A stretch of DNA of 57,282 bases, the filler included, from Sphacelaria rigidula (lineage: Eukaryota): NCBI GenBank assembly GCA_964200075.2. It is 3 parts of 3 records of this genome, joined end to end, with 100 filler letters (N's around TTAATTAATTAA, not from the genome) between each part and the next. Parts side by side here need not be neighbours in the genome. Positions count along the whole stretch, not along the records: positions 1 to 19,031 come from CAXNAA020000745.1; 2 more parts are not named here. One strand, 5' to 3'. The notes beneath the pieces were generated by a model, which did not search any database, had not been told where the DNA came from, and worked only from the letters and a program-made list of their open reading frames with translations. A program made the position numbers and the translations under genes. Each line of letters begins with the position of its first letter. Position 1 is the first letter of the stretch. Of this stretch, positions 1-13,100 are shown piece by piece.

Positions 1-430
1 AATAACACCCTCCTGATAAACGGGGTCTTTATCCGGTATCGCCCCCACAACACCAACCTGGGCGATTGTGATTTGAGCACGGTTTCCATGGAAAATGTTA
101 TGCAAACCCCCCCCCGAAAATAGGTCATCCGCAGAAAATGCTAGACTGAGGTCTGTGCAGTACAGTATAGGAGGGAAACACGATCTCGATCGTTATTGTG
201 AAGAATTTTATACGTATGATTTTATCTGAATATTTATGGTTTCGTCGCTGAAAAACGGGAAACTGCTTATATTGGACCAAAAACGGTCAATAACACCCTC
301 CTGATAAACGGGGTATCAAGTCCGTATCGCCCCCAAAACACCAACGTCAGCACTGTAGTTTGAGCACGGCCTACCCTTTTCCCCTGAATTTACCGGCGCC
401 AGCACTTTCAAGTAGTAATGAAGAACAGTA
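1..430 (+). repeat. Interspersed repeat with internal duplication; another copy at ~16370-16690
   Basis: AATAACACCCTCCTGAT.AACGGG occurs at 1, 289 and 16474, with shared flanks (TCTCGATCGT..TTGTGAAGAA). Confidence 0.75.
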
Positions 431-2919
431 CTCAAGAAAAACTCAGAAAAAAGGACAACTACGAATTCTGAAAACTTCTGATGCTGACTACTATATCTCG
501 AAGCATGCTTCGCCGAGTCAAGCGATGAGCAGCTCGATAGAAAGCTCTTAGCGGTGAAATGAGTTGCGCGTTTTCATAGTGCCCGAGCCTCGTCAGTCTG
601 TAGGGTTCAACAGCTCAAGATTGCCAGAAATGGTCGATCAATGCCTGAAACAGTTCAACCTCTAAAATACCCCTCCAGGCCGTACATGAGACTTTCCACG
701 CTTGGTGTAGTATATTGCTCGCCACTGTAGCCTCCTTCTACATCTGTCGAGTGGGATATCGATGAGTAGTTGTAACCAAACGACAGTGATAGTGGCAAAA
801 TGGCAAACAAAAAAAAAGGTCAAATCTGCAGAAAGCGATTCATAGTCCATTCGCATTAGCACTAGCCGCTTGATAAAGAGAAAACCCCACTGCTTGTGCT
901 TCCGATGATGTTTTTGTTCCGTGCCAGGACACGCTCACGACGGCGTGAGACATCATGCAGTAAGCTTCTATGTGAGGCCGAGATCGTCACGACCTAGTTT
1001 GATGGCGTTACAATATGTCACGTGCGATTCGACGATCATGTCCTCGGAAAAGCCGGGTGTCGTCTACCGCCCCGACTGCTATTCGACCCAACCCTTCTGC
1101 ACCATGCGGGAAGACATAACATTGCGCGGGCGCACGTCTTTCGCAATAACCGAATACGAGCTAGGCCGGCCATCAGCGATTTTGAAACGAAGAGTGGAGA
1201 TGCTTTTGGCATTTCCAAGAGTTACGGGGTAGGCGCTGAAATTCTGACACGGCATTTTGATCATCAATCTGCGCAACCCTGTGAGGGGTGCAGAGGACCA
1301 AAAAAAAAGACAGTTGGAGCGAGTTGAAGTTTCAGCAAAAACAGGAAAAATGCTATGACTTCCTCGAAAATTGACAAGAACGATCACAACTTTGCGGCAC
1401 ATACGGGCACTCGCGTCAACCACATCCCTGTATATTTTCAGCCAAACATATGTGAAATTGGGCTTCGCGTCGCACTTCTTGCGTGACACTGGTGGTCAAA
1501 CTGATACAACAGCCTCAAATGACACGGATCACGAGTTCGAATCCCGACACGACAAAAAGGTGCTTGTGTGCACACTCTCTCGCGCCTCTGGGTTGCAAAG
1601 GGTGTCAGCGTTTTGGTGATGGTCTTGCTTTTGCGGGGGGGGGGGGGGGGGGGGGGGAAAGGGTAGCTTCAAGTAGCCCTTCTCCCTCGGGCGGTGATAT
1701 ACGGCAGTTGGTTTGAAAGTGTTTTCCCATTATGGAGCTTCTGACGAGCTTGATGTCATCTTGCAGCACGACCAGGATGCTCTCGCCGAAGCACGTCAGG
1801 TGTGCGTGTGCGGCGCAGCGCTTCATTGTAGTTACACCGCATTTTGTGAAACGAAACTTCTACAGACATTCCATCGCACAAAGAATTGGAACGTACTCGG
1901 TACTCAATGCAGTACAAAAATATCATCGCCACAAGTGCACCAGTCGGGCAGCGGTGGTACCCCATGTTACCAGTTTAGTCTACAGTTCAAAGCGACATGC
2001 TCAGGTTGTGCTGATTGGGGTAACCTGAAGAGTTATGGTGACATAGGATGCTGGTTTTACTTCCGGACCAGCTCGGACAGCGATCCGTTCTATAGAGATT
2101 AATTCGTAAGTGATTTCGTGGTCGCCCCCCCCCTCTACTGTCGAAACAAAATCACTGTTGAGGCACGAAAGATAATATGTGTAGAGGAGAGATCCGCAGC
2201 AAGGCTTAGTCAAGTCAAGGGAGATACTTGCGCCACCTCGTCCCACAAAATGGCGCCTTCATCACGATATGACACGACGATCAGAGTGCGTGAAAAGGCA
2301 ACGTCCCACATGATATTTGCCACGACGATCTTCACTCGTGCGAACAACCTCTCATTGATGCCGATCTTTTTCCTCCACTTCACATTTCGTCACCTACATA
2401 CAATTTGACAAGCCAACCAAACACCAATTTTCGACACAAGCCGCTCATCTATCGCAAGCGCACGCGCATACGCACACTGCATCTACCAAGTAAAAATCAT
2501 GAAGACTAATATTAACAGACGAAAAAAAAAGTTTCAATTATATCGCGTCGGATTACGCGTCCATACGTGCTCGTCGGAAGATGCAACCGATTCGACCCGC
2601 CCAAGCCATGGTGGGTATTGTCGTTTATCTTCTTAGCCTTGGCACAACTGACACGCCTCAACATTTCCACCGCTATTTTCAGCTACTTTTGACCTCTCAG
2701 GGAGTCACACAAAACTCGCCAACGTGGGTGTCCGAAAGTAGAAAACATCCCCGCCCACACCCTCTTCCATTCATGTAACACGCGGAGGTACTGTTTCCAG
2801 TTACAGGCGCCGAATTTTGTTCCCTTTCGCATCCATGCACTGCAACATGCTACAAGCCCTCCTCCCCCTACTATTCCCCCCCCGCCCAGACGTGGCCGGC
2901 GATTGTCCTCGTGTTCCAT

Positions 2920-5900
2920 CTACTCTCCATCCCGGCCGTTTGAGTGATCGTCATGCCCACCGCCATGGCTGCCACGGTGATCAGACCCGCCGTCTCCATT
3001 GGCATGATCGTCATCACGCCCCCGGTAACTGCGGGGGGGAGAACGGGAAGGCGACCTGTCTCTGTCACGCCTGATGGAGGGGCTCCTGGAGTAGCCGCCG
3101 CGACCACCCCCCCGCGAGCGGGAGCGTGATCTGGATCGAGAGCGACTGCGGCTCCTCCGGCCTCGATCCCGGGACCAGCTGTCCCTCCGGCGAGGGGGAG
3201 ACCTGTCCGTTGGCGCGAAAAGCAACGGCAGGGGTTCATGGCACAATCTGGTTGGTGAAGAATAGGAAGCATCTCCACTTCGAGCTAATCAAAACTAAAC
3301 TACTCCACTCACAGATATGCATTTTATTTTTTGTGACATACGCGACGAACGTACAAAATCCGATCCGTGCGATTGATTCACCGACGGAACAGAGCAGCCC
3401 CTCACTCACTTCGGCATCCATCAAATGACGCCATCTCCTCACAAATTCATCACGAGCGAGGCTTGGTAAAACAACTGCGAAAATATTTTGCATGACCCAT
3501 GTGTGTGTGGAGGTGCCACTACAAAACAAACTTATTCGTTCGACCATCGTCGGTTGTGCTCCATTCCGGGCGGGCGGGCGGGGGGGGGGGGGGGGGGGGC
3601 CCATGTGTTGTTTGCCTTTTTTTTTTGACCATCCACCACCCCCCCCTTTTAAAACGACGCCCCNNNNNNNNNNGGTGGTGGGTGGTGGTGCTGGGGCGGT
3701 GGGGGTGGTCGCCCTGCTGTGCCCATGTGTTGCTTGCCTTATTCGTTTGACCATCGACCACGCATCCCTTTCGAAACGACGCACCGTTCCTCGAGCCGTG
3801 TACAGGAGAGGGATGGTTTGATCCCTTGATACCACGAACTCGTGCCGGGGGAAGGGGAGGGGTTCGAAGTGCTAAAAAAAAAACACAGAAGGGGCCGCCA
3901 AAGGGAACCGCTAGCTTCGAACCACAGGCCGAGGGTGCTGCAAGGCCGCACAGAGCGCGGCCACAAATACAGGAAAAGCAATTTCATTTCTTGGGCCAGC
4001 ACCATCACCTGAAATATACTCTTCTGAACGTACCTCGAGTATGACCTCGAGTAGCGGCGGCGAGGAGGCGAGCGAGAGCGACGGGCAGCATAGCCACCAT
4101 ATCCCCTCGAGCGCGACCTCGACCTGGAGCGGCCGTACCTCATGCGAGGCTCATCACGTTCCTTCCTCACCATGTCTTCCGGTCTCTTGCGCTTTTCCTG
4201 CCGACAGCAACGTATAATACACAAAATGCAGCGAGGGGCATCGGCAATGTTCTAGGGGGGAACATGACAGCCACATTAAATTCAGCAGGAGCAAATGCAC
4301 GCGCCTCGTGCTCCTCCGGCTGTGGACGATTCAATGGACAAGTCGGTAGAGAATAGGGGGACTGGGTGCACATGAGGCCATTCGACTACCCACCTGAAAA
4401 TCTTATATCGCGATTTTTATCCTCTCGAGGGTAAAGTGACCCTCCGGAGTAAAAAAAACACCCTCTAGAGGATATTTCAGACTCAATTTCGGTCATATAA
4501 CGAATCCTCTGTAGGGCAACTGATGCTCCAGTGACTAATGAGGTCTCAATCCCTCTAGAGTACCAAAAATTTGGTGCTCTGGAGCACGTGGTTATCGTGG
4601 ACGTCCCGTAGAGAAATAAATATGAATCATCATTCCTATGGCCTCCAGGGCATAGGAATCGACTCCGGAGGACATAGCCGTGCAGTGTCCTCCAGCGTGT
4701 ACATTTACACTCGTGTCCCAACTGCTTCCAGGGCACCTTTGGAACCCCAGAATTCTTGTGGTATGAACCATCACGCCAGATATATATTTAGATTGAACCA
4801 TGCAAACCCGACAACACTAATTCCCAGCTACCACCACAACCCTGCAGCGAAGAGCCCGGGTATAGATGCAAAATGCCGTAGTTGGGTGTGATGTAGTTCT
4901 TGTTGGTGGAAGTTTAAACTTGAGCATCTTCTTCCATGGTCGCGGACTCGCACGGCGCGGGAACCATGCAGGGTAGGGTGCGGGCAACAACCGGCGGCTT
5001 TTGGCATGCACACTCATGGGCAGTGTAGGCAGGCACAGCTGCGCACACTGTTCAAGTCCTTTTACATATAGACAGTCCTGCGCTGTCTGTATTGTACTTT
5101 GCTCGCTTCGCTTTCACGTCCTACTGGCTGTAGTTGTGCGCATGATGAAATGACAGGCGTCGCGATGTATGCTCAGTGGCTGACGGCATATAACACCCCG
5201 TGCACTTACAGGCATCCACTTTGTTCAACTAAACGTAGCGCATATGCCCTGCTAATTCTGCAGCATATTGCACCGCACGTATAAAAGCAGGATATGGTAC
5301 TGTCCTGCACGGTATTGTACAGTTCAGTACAGTACCAACCCGTGCTTACTGTTGTGATCGTCATGAACGTACAGAATAGATGGCGATCATAATTTTTCGC
5401 GTTTCAACATTCCTGGTAATATTCAACACCAGGAATGTTGAAACGCCTAACCCCATAACTTATGAAGATAAAAAAGATGGAAGGTTTGGTATTCGCACGT
5501 ATGTCCTTTACACATGTCAAGATTTCATCGAGAACGATCCAAAATTGAACGAATATGCGTCATTGCGTCAACAACCGGCCACTTTAGTATACGGAGGTGA
5601 ACCAGTCACGAATATTTCGAACGAATTTATGCTGTTCAGTTTCAAGCTGTTTTCGATGAAATTGTGACACGATGTACAGGACGTATGTGAGAATACCTAA
5701 TCTTTCCTCTTTAGTTTTCCTGGATGAATTATTGGTAATTTCGTTCCGTCGCCTCTAACTCGCGGAGTAAAAAATACACACACGGCAGGAACGAAGGAGC
5801 GCTTGCACACATGTCCTGTACATATCAAAATTTCATCGTAAACGACCGAGTATTGAGCTCGGGAATGTTGCTACAGCTTGTGCGGCACCACGCGGCGCAG

Positions 5901-8900
5901 AACTGACTGTAACCGAAAATCCAAACTCAGTTGTTTTCTCTTGGCTAATTCCGCCCCACATAGTACCCCTAATTTCATACACTTCCGCACTTGACTTCAG
6001 TTTTGTATTTCGATTGATGAGACCTTGTAGGGTCGCAGCGCTACATGAATTTGAAGACGTGCGCTGATTTGCCGATTACCACGATGTGTCCTGGTAGGCA
6101 CAACTCGCGATACATCGTCAGTTAGAACGGACTGAAGGAAAGTGAGGTTTCTTAGGCGGCCAGCTTTGCATACAGCCGAGGCTGTTGGAAGTATTCTATC
6201 CCCTTTGCCCAATTCATATATGAATTGGGGGGCCAGAAGATGAATTTTCAACAACGTCTGCTGCCTCTCGAATCTCATCGGCTGCTACGGTGCAGTATGT
6301 GGGACTTGAAGAGCAGAAGCTGCTCGCAAATGAGTTTCGCAAGGGTAGGTCGAGTTGAGTATACTCAATACTCAGTATTTTCGAAAAGTCATACTCTTAG
6401 GACTCGAAGTTTGAGTAGAGTAATCGAGGTCGTAGCAATGTTCCTTCAAAAACAATCCAGGGAATTTTGAATATTGGCACAGATCTTCGAGGGCCCCAAC
6501 ATAAAAAAGTCCTCTCGAGGATTGCGGATACCCAACATCCTCTAGCGGGGATTTCAAAACGGACGGAACCGAGGATGACGTTTGGAAATTCCTTTACAAG
6601 GTAGCCGAATGGCCGCGTACGTAGGGAAACGGGTGCGGGAATAACGGCGTGGAGGTACGGCAAATTGAATGAAAGGCAGATTACCTGTGCATACAGAACC
6701 GAAATGTTGCGGCCATCCAAGTTGTATCCGTCCAGTCGATCCTTGGCGCGACCAGCCTCACTTGGGTCGTAAAACTGCACAGATGGCAGATAGTGAAGGG
6801 AGGGAAAAAAAATAAAGCCGTTCGAATCAAGACAGACAACACGCCGTGCATCAACACCAGTAGTACGATACATCATCACTCGTCGTACTCGTCAATGCAG
6901 TAACGAGCATATGCGGGGGGTGAAACTTTGCACGTGAGTTTGGGGCAACACCAAAAAAAACAAGTGTGCCCTTGGTACCATGGTACGGGCGACGCCACGC
7001 GATTTTTTGTCGCCGACACCAACGTTTGCTTTATACACGACTTTCCATACGAATGATTACCACCCTTGAACACAGCCGCATTCCGTAAAACAAAGAGATT
7101 CGATTCGAGAGTGCAAAATGGACATTGCTCACCTCCACGAAGGCGAATCCACGAGGCTTCCTGCAACATGCACAGCAGGCACGCGCACGCAAACACAAAC
7201 ACCAACCACGATACGATGAGGAGGAGTAGATAGCGGAGACAGGCGATACGATAACAAGAAACGAGACACGAACTTGAGCAATACCAGAAAAATTGAGACA
7301 ACCAGTGGAGTACGAGCGACCACCCAACACACTTCGCTCTGCGCGCCTGAGCCCTGTACTGTATTGAGCGAGGGTTATGTTCCACTAGCTGTACTCCCCT
7401 CGACCCGCCGGGAAAACCACAAAAAAACGGGCGATAACAGGAAGGGAAATGAGCGATTTCACGGTCGATCGCCACGCACGCACCTACAGCGTGGGCTCGA
7501 CTCGACAACTCGTGACCTCCCTTGCTCATTGTGCGACGCGTGGGATATTGCATTGCGGACAGCAGGTTTGGGGGGCATTTCCACAGCCTGCTAGGGTCAA
7601 CATGTCACCGTTTCGTCCTCACTCTCCAACAGTATCAACTTATCACCATCACCTCGCATGATGGACTCTTGGGTCACCACACGGCCCCCCGCCCCGCCCG
7701 GACAGCACGCATCATGCACACAAACAACCATCCAGTGCGACACATGGCTGGTTGCTTGGCTGCTGGCCTCTGCTTGACTCTCATGACTCGACTTGGCATG
7801 CAAGGAACTTTTCTTGGCTTGACTTGACTTCACTTGACCTCATGCCGCTCGACACTTGAGACTTCGGCTTCAATTGCTTGTTGGGGCTTGACTTCATCTC
7901 ATGCACTTGACACTTCACTTGAGGTCATCATCGGCAGCAGCATCTTCAAGACACTTGAAAAATCTTGCGCCACACTCGACGCGACTTGAGCTAGGTGGGT
8001 CGTACAGTTGGTTGGCTGATCATGAGGGAACCGCCCATCAAGACTTCCCCTTCTCTCTCTCTCTTGTCTCATTGAGCCGCTTCTCTTCTCTTCACTTGTA
8101 CCCCCCTCTTAAACCCCACCTCAGCTGGCTGCATCGCGCCGTTAGAGAGCACACAACACAGCACTGGATTATTTTTCAAAACTCCGAACCGCAGCTTTGG
8201 CACACGGGACGCAAGAGGGTGGGTACACAGAAATTGTGAAACATTTCACTCGCTACTTCGTGCAAAACGTACAAAATAGCAAACAACAACGTCGGGAGGG
8301 TGGGATAATTCGTCTTCATCATTGCTTCACCAGGATTCGTTGTTTGCATCACGATAGCGCCCCATTCGCTGGGGTGGCGGAGTCCCAACGCGGCGGAGAG
8401 TAATTTGACCAGAGCACACAGCACACGCATCAAAGACGAAAACGGGTAAAAAACACCAGACGCATCGCAGCACATTTCACCAAAGGTACGCCTCTTCCAG
8501 ATACGCAACAGGGTAACACAACCTGAACGCGACATGCAGGTCACGTTTGCTTTATATGTCGCTGAATTCAACAGTGAGTATACTTCATGTGCATCGTCAG
8601 CCAAATGGTGGAAGCGCCGGCCGCGATAGTGTGGTGCTCGTGCTAGGCCGGCTGTACGAAATTCGAGGAGCAGAAACCTCACGGATCACGCAAAGAATGC
8701 ACAGGGATTGACTGCGTTGCACAAATACCTCCACCAACAAATACAGCTCACTCGGTACAAACACACGAAGTCAACGTGGCATATGTGTACGAAGCATGCA
8801 GTACGGCAGTATGAGGAAGAAGTACACTACAGATTATAGTACTCGTACTACTGTACAGACAACTGGCTGTACACAGCCGAAATGGGCCAAGCGAAGGAGC

Positions 8901-9562
8901 AGGACGCGAATCGATGAAAAATAACGTCATGTACCAGGTAACATATTGCACCCCGGACTCTCTTTGTTCTTTCGAGGATACGTATGCCTGAGGAACAAAC
9001 GCGTTTGGAGCAGGTGATGAGAAGGAAACAAGGAGGAATATGCAAGCCGAAATCTGTTCATCATATAACTCTCAAGGCAGAGCGCGGCACAATCAGTCTT
9101 TGCCCCTCCCCCCGCGCCCTTCTCGCTGTGCAAACCTAGCAGCACCACGACAAGACCCCACAAACGAAACACAAAAGCAAGAGACATGAAGGGCGCCAAC
9201 CACACAAAATCAAAACACAGTCATGGGTGTTTGCCGAACTCCAAAATGAAGCCAACAACCCAGACATGAGATCCAACACAAAGAACTCGAAAAAATAATA
9301 TGTTTGGCTGCCCGCAATCTTCTCCGGTCGTCGCCCCCACGGACATAGAGCATACTCACTGTGTGCCGAAGTCGAGGGGCAGATAAACATCCCGGATGTC
9401 TCCGAAGTCGGAGAATATCCTCTTCACGTCATCGGGTCTGGTGCGAAACGTAAGGTTGCGCACCAGGAGCGACACCCTTCCGGGGCCACCATCACGACCA
9501 CCGCCGCGGTCGCGGCTGTCGTCTCGGCCATAACCTCTACCCCTGTCACGGTCCCTGCTCAT
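2920..9562 (-). CDS. SCL: Serine/arginine-rich splicing factor, SCL/SRSF10-like (single RRM + RS domain), 5 exons, ~255 aa
   Basis: Exons 9562-9360, 7160-7133, 6774-6685, 4197-4034 and 3202-2920, all GT-AG and phase-consistent (768 nt). The spliced RRM reads SLLVRNL..DVYLPLDFGTQ|KPRGFAFVE|FYDPSEA..LDGRNISVLYAQ|EKRKRPEDM, followed by RS repeats. The short N-terminal extension and the post-RRM 'EKRKRPEDM' are typical of the SCL/SRSF10 group. Confidence 0.93.
3580..3785 (-). mobile_element. G-tract retroposon copy/copies in intron 4 of the SR gene (spans a 10-N gap)
   Basis: The core TGTTGCTTGCCTTATTCGTTTGACCATCGACCACGCATCCCTTTCGAAACG is at ~3728-3778. A low-quality duplicate follows a long G run at 3580-3663. 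Confidence 0.65.
7484..8128 (-). other. Candidate poison/alternative exon in intron 1 of the SR gene
   Basis: A CTAAC branch (8145-8141) and TGCAG| acceptor lie upstream of an in-frame TGA (8094-8092), a GA-rich tract and 10 TCAAG motifs. A possible donor is TAG|GTGCGT at 7484. Confidence 0.55.
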
Positions 9563-10101
9563 ATCTCTTCGCTGCTTTAACTATTTCTCTCTCTATCAGT
9601 TCTCCGGGTTCCGTTGATGATTGCGTTGGTGTTGTGAAAAGTGTAGTGTGGTCGTTGAGGCTGTAAAATGAGCCTTCACTTGATCTAAGAGGGCCAATAC
9701 CCAATACGACTACATTGTATTGGAAACCTGAAGGTAGTCTTAATTGGGACGTACGTATACATTTTTGGGTACGTGTCATCTTACGTCATTTTTCTGCTCT
9801 GTTTTCTACATCTCCCGTCCAGTACAGGAGAGTGAAGTATCTCTGGGTGACCGTGCTACCACTACTGTTCTGTGCTCCTTTGAGGCAATCTCACGGGCGC
9901 ATCAGAAAGCTCAAGGAGCATAAAGGGAGACGTTGTGTCCCATTCGTTTGCTTGCTGCTGTAGCAGGGGGCAGGGGGGAAAGCGGCCTAAAACGCGCACT
10001 GCGTGACGGCGAGTTTCTGCTTTTATCCAGCATCGCTCATTTACTCGCGTCCTCCGATCTAACTGCCGCAGCACAGACAGTCCAGTCGGTAGCAAGCGAA
10101 C
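9563..10101. promoter_or_regulatory. Bidirectional promoter/5'UTR region between the SR and NFU genes
   Basis: Divergent ATGs are separated by 539 bp. CCAAT occurs at 9694 and 9701, ATTGG at 9719 and 9743, and there are several ACGT cores, including TGACGT (minus, 9783-9788). Confidence 0.6.
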
Positions 10102-13100
10102 ATGAAGACCGCCTACACACCCACGACCACCACCAGCACCAGAAGAAACAGAACAAGATTGGCAGCAGCAGCTATAGCTACTCTATTTCATGCCTCCCCC
10201 GCCGGGTCATTCTGTTCCCCACGGCCAGTAACATTCCGCGCATGTTTACAAACTGCTCCATCAACATCAACAGCGACATTCTCCAGGCCCTCCTCAGAGC
10301 GTCGGTGGGCACGCAGCAGCTGGGGGGGACGCGAGAGGGGTTGGGGCGGACGCGGGGAGGGGATAAACAGGAAGCACGGCGTACTGCTACTTATGTCGTC
10401 GACGGACATTGAGTCTCCCTTTGCCACCCCTGGTGTGGCTGGTAATGAGATGGAAGAAGATGACATAGACGCGGTGCTGCCACTTACCCTGGAGAATGTG
10501 GAGAAAGTTTTGGATGAGATGAGGCCGTATCTTATGTCTGACGGGTGAGTAACGTCTACGGCTGTCATGTAGGGTGGCGGGAGCGGGATACTCGTTGCAT
10601 GTGTTGTCTGGTGGGTGGGAGAGGGTAGTGAGGAGGGGGGGCATAATTTTGGTTGCTCAAGAGATGCGTGTTGATGCGTTTGGGGGTTGCAGCAGCTCTG
10701 CTCGGTTCTGGTGTTTAAGTGTTGCCGATACCCTACTGTCATGTTACACGCATTGCGACTTGGCGACAAATACGACGCACAATCGAAACGGGGGGGACAC
10801 CGATACAACTTAGCCCGTCGCCACGCCATCATAGACAACCCGTGTGAGTCGAACTAGTTGCATGAACCCCAGATGTTACGAAAGAATCATGCGCAGATTC
10901 CCGTACTCGGGTATTTCGCCCGCAACAGTCACACCGTCTTCTCCATCCAGTTGTTGCTCTCTGGGGATCAATTTGGCTGCCCTCAAGCAATGCCTCTGTC
11001 CCTCTTTCTCCTTCGCAGCACCTGTATCTCATCGTTGTTGGAGGGATGAAATGTACATGTGCTTGTGCTCAATCCGGTGTTTCCGTGAGCTAGAGCAACT
11101 GTACGCGATGGTGTGCTACAGATGGCGCTTGAAATATATTCACACAATCACACAGACTGCCCACTCGAACATATCCCCGCCCTAGCCCGCGGAGCCCGGA
11201 AGACCTGTGATAACAATCCTACGGGCAATTTTTTTAGAGACTGCTCTGGTCTCGAAAAGGTACACCTGGTCAACCAGCACAAGCGGCGGTACCATCGGAG
11301 AAAAAATGAAGCAGGAAATGTGCTCGTCCGGTTCAGACGACGCATTTGTGATTTGGCTTGTGCTGGAGTTGGGTCCTGTCACGGAATGCAATGATGCTAC
11401 TGCAATATGTATCTTGTCTTCCCCCTGTTCCTCTTCGGTGCACAAAAGTGGTGGCCATCTTCCACTTCAACGCTGCGCTGCGATCCAAAACGCGATCGCA
11501 CAAATATGTCGCAATTCTCAACGCATGTATCACATACACGTCATGCATCCTATTTTAGCGGCTATATTTCAAGCCCAACATGGTGCTCTTGGCCACATTC
11601 GGTGTGCTTTCGCTGTTGGTGGTTTCATCCTCGCCCTTTTTGTATATTTTTATTATTTTCGCACATTAGCCCGATCTCTCGAACCAGTGGTCACAGACGT
11701 GAGCTCGTCCTTTCCAATTCCATCACAAGATTTTTTTTGTACTCCCGCTTAATTACAAGAACATACACAATTGGCTGAAATATTACCAAAATGAAAGTAT
11801 GAAGAGAGATCCCAAGAAAAACATGAAAGTAGCTTCCCCGAGTTCAAGAGATCCTATTTGTAACCTCTTCATGTGCGGCAAAGTGTATCGCCTTTGACCT
11901 TGATATACTGAGCTGGTGCGTATGTATCTCAGCTACCCGTGCACATGGCAGGTTGATTTATCTCATCACGTGCGGTGTGAAAATAGATGTATATCTCTGT
12001 GCCGCAGTGCGGGGTCTTTTCAATATTATGGGGGCGTTATTTTCGAAGCGTATGCGTCCAAAGACAGCACACCTGGCGTCCGATGATGCCGAAACTTTAG
12101 GTATGTATGGGCTTAGGTCGCAAGTTGGTGACGTCACAAAATTTCCCGCGATCCAAGGCGTTCTGTGCGCAAATTGGCTCGAAATGATGATTGTGGACAG
12201 CCAAAGTCCTTTCGGAACATTCGACCGTTCGGACAAATCATCGCCGGTTTGAAACGCCAAATCCACAATTTTTCAGGCCTGATTGCTCGACAAAGAGAAG
12301 AAAGTTGACCGGTGGTCAGAAAAATCTCGACGCAATTTTTGCACCAAACCACGTGCCTGGGCTGCGCGTACCTGGGTTGCAACGCTGAGAACAAAGCCCA
12401 AGGATTGATTCGTACGGTACTAATCAATTACGCTAAAATCAAGTAATTTCCAGACGAACCATCAACTCGTCCGACCCTTGGAACATTCTTCACCTTCTAG
12501 TGTCAATTACAGAGGGTGCAAGATGAAACCGCCGCTGAGGCACCGGCAGATCTTGCCAGTATAATCGTTTTACTCGGTCCGCCTGCTGGTCGACGCGCGC
12601 AGTAGCGTAGGCGTAGGTAACAAGCACCATTCAGGCTTGGTGATATTTTCCGGGTTGTTACCGTCCGGGTTTTTACGCCGTCTCGCGCGAGAGGTGGTCG
12701 TACAGCATAGTCAAAGACAACAGTGTCTTCTGCCAAGGGCCGCTGTGAAGCTTTACGGAAAGAGGGCAACGTCCCGCTACAGACGGTACGACAACTTCTC
12801 AGCAGGACGCCAAGGCAGACCGACCAAGAGGGGGGGGCGTACTCATTCGTTGCCTGCCTTAGTCGTTCGACCATTGACCACGCATCCCTTTCGAGACGGA
12901 GCACCATTCCTACTACTCATAGAAACACCTCTGGAGGCAGTTGGTCTTTCGCGATGCTCTCAGAATAAACCGGTGGTTCTTGTGGACGCTGGTCGCACGT
13001 GAATATCTTGAGCTTTCTTGAACATGCACCTCGCCGACCTTTTTGCAGACTTTTTTCAGCCGTTTCACTTGCTCTCATGTTACGACAGCGATCATTTCGC

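Noticed and set aside
1488-1552. tRNA-like B box GAGTTCGAATCCC (also GGGTCGAATCC at ~42883)
   Set aside because: No cloverleaf or acceptor stem can be built. At most it is a decayed SINE head.
12184-12282. Box C (ATGATGA) ... box D (CTGA) snoRNA candidate in the NFU intron
   Set aside because: It overlaps an interspersed repeat, and no terminal stem or rRNA-complementary guide was recognised.
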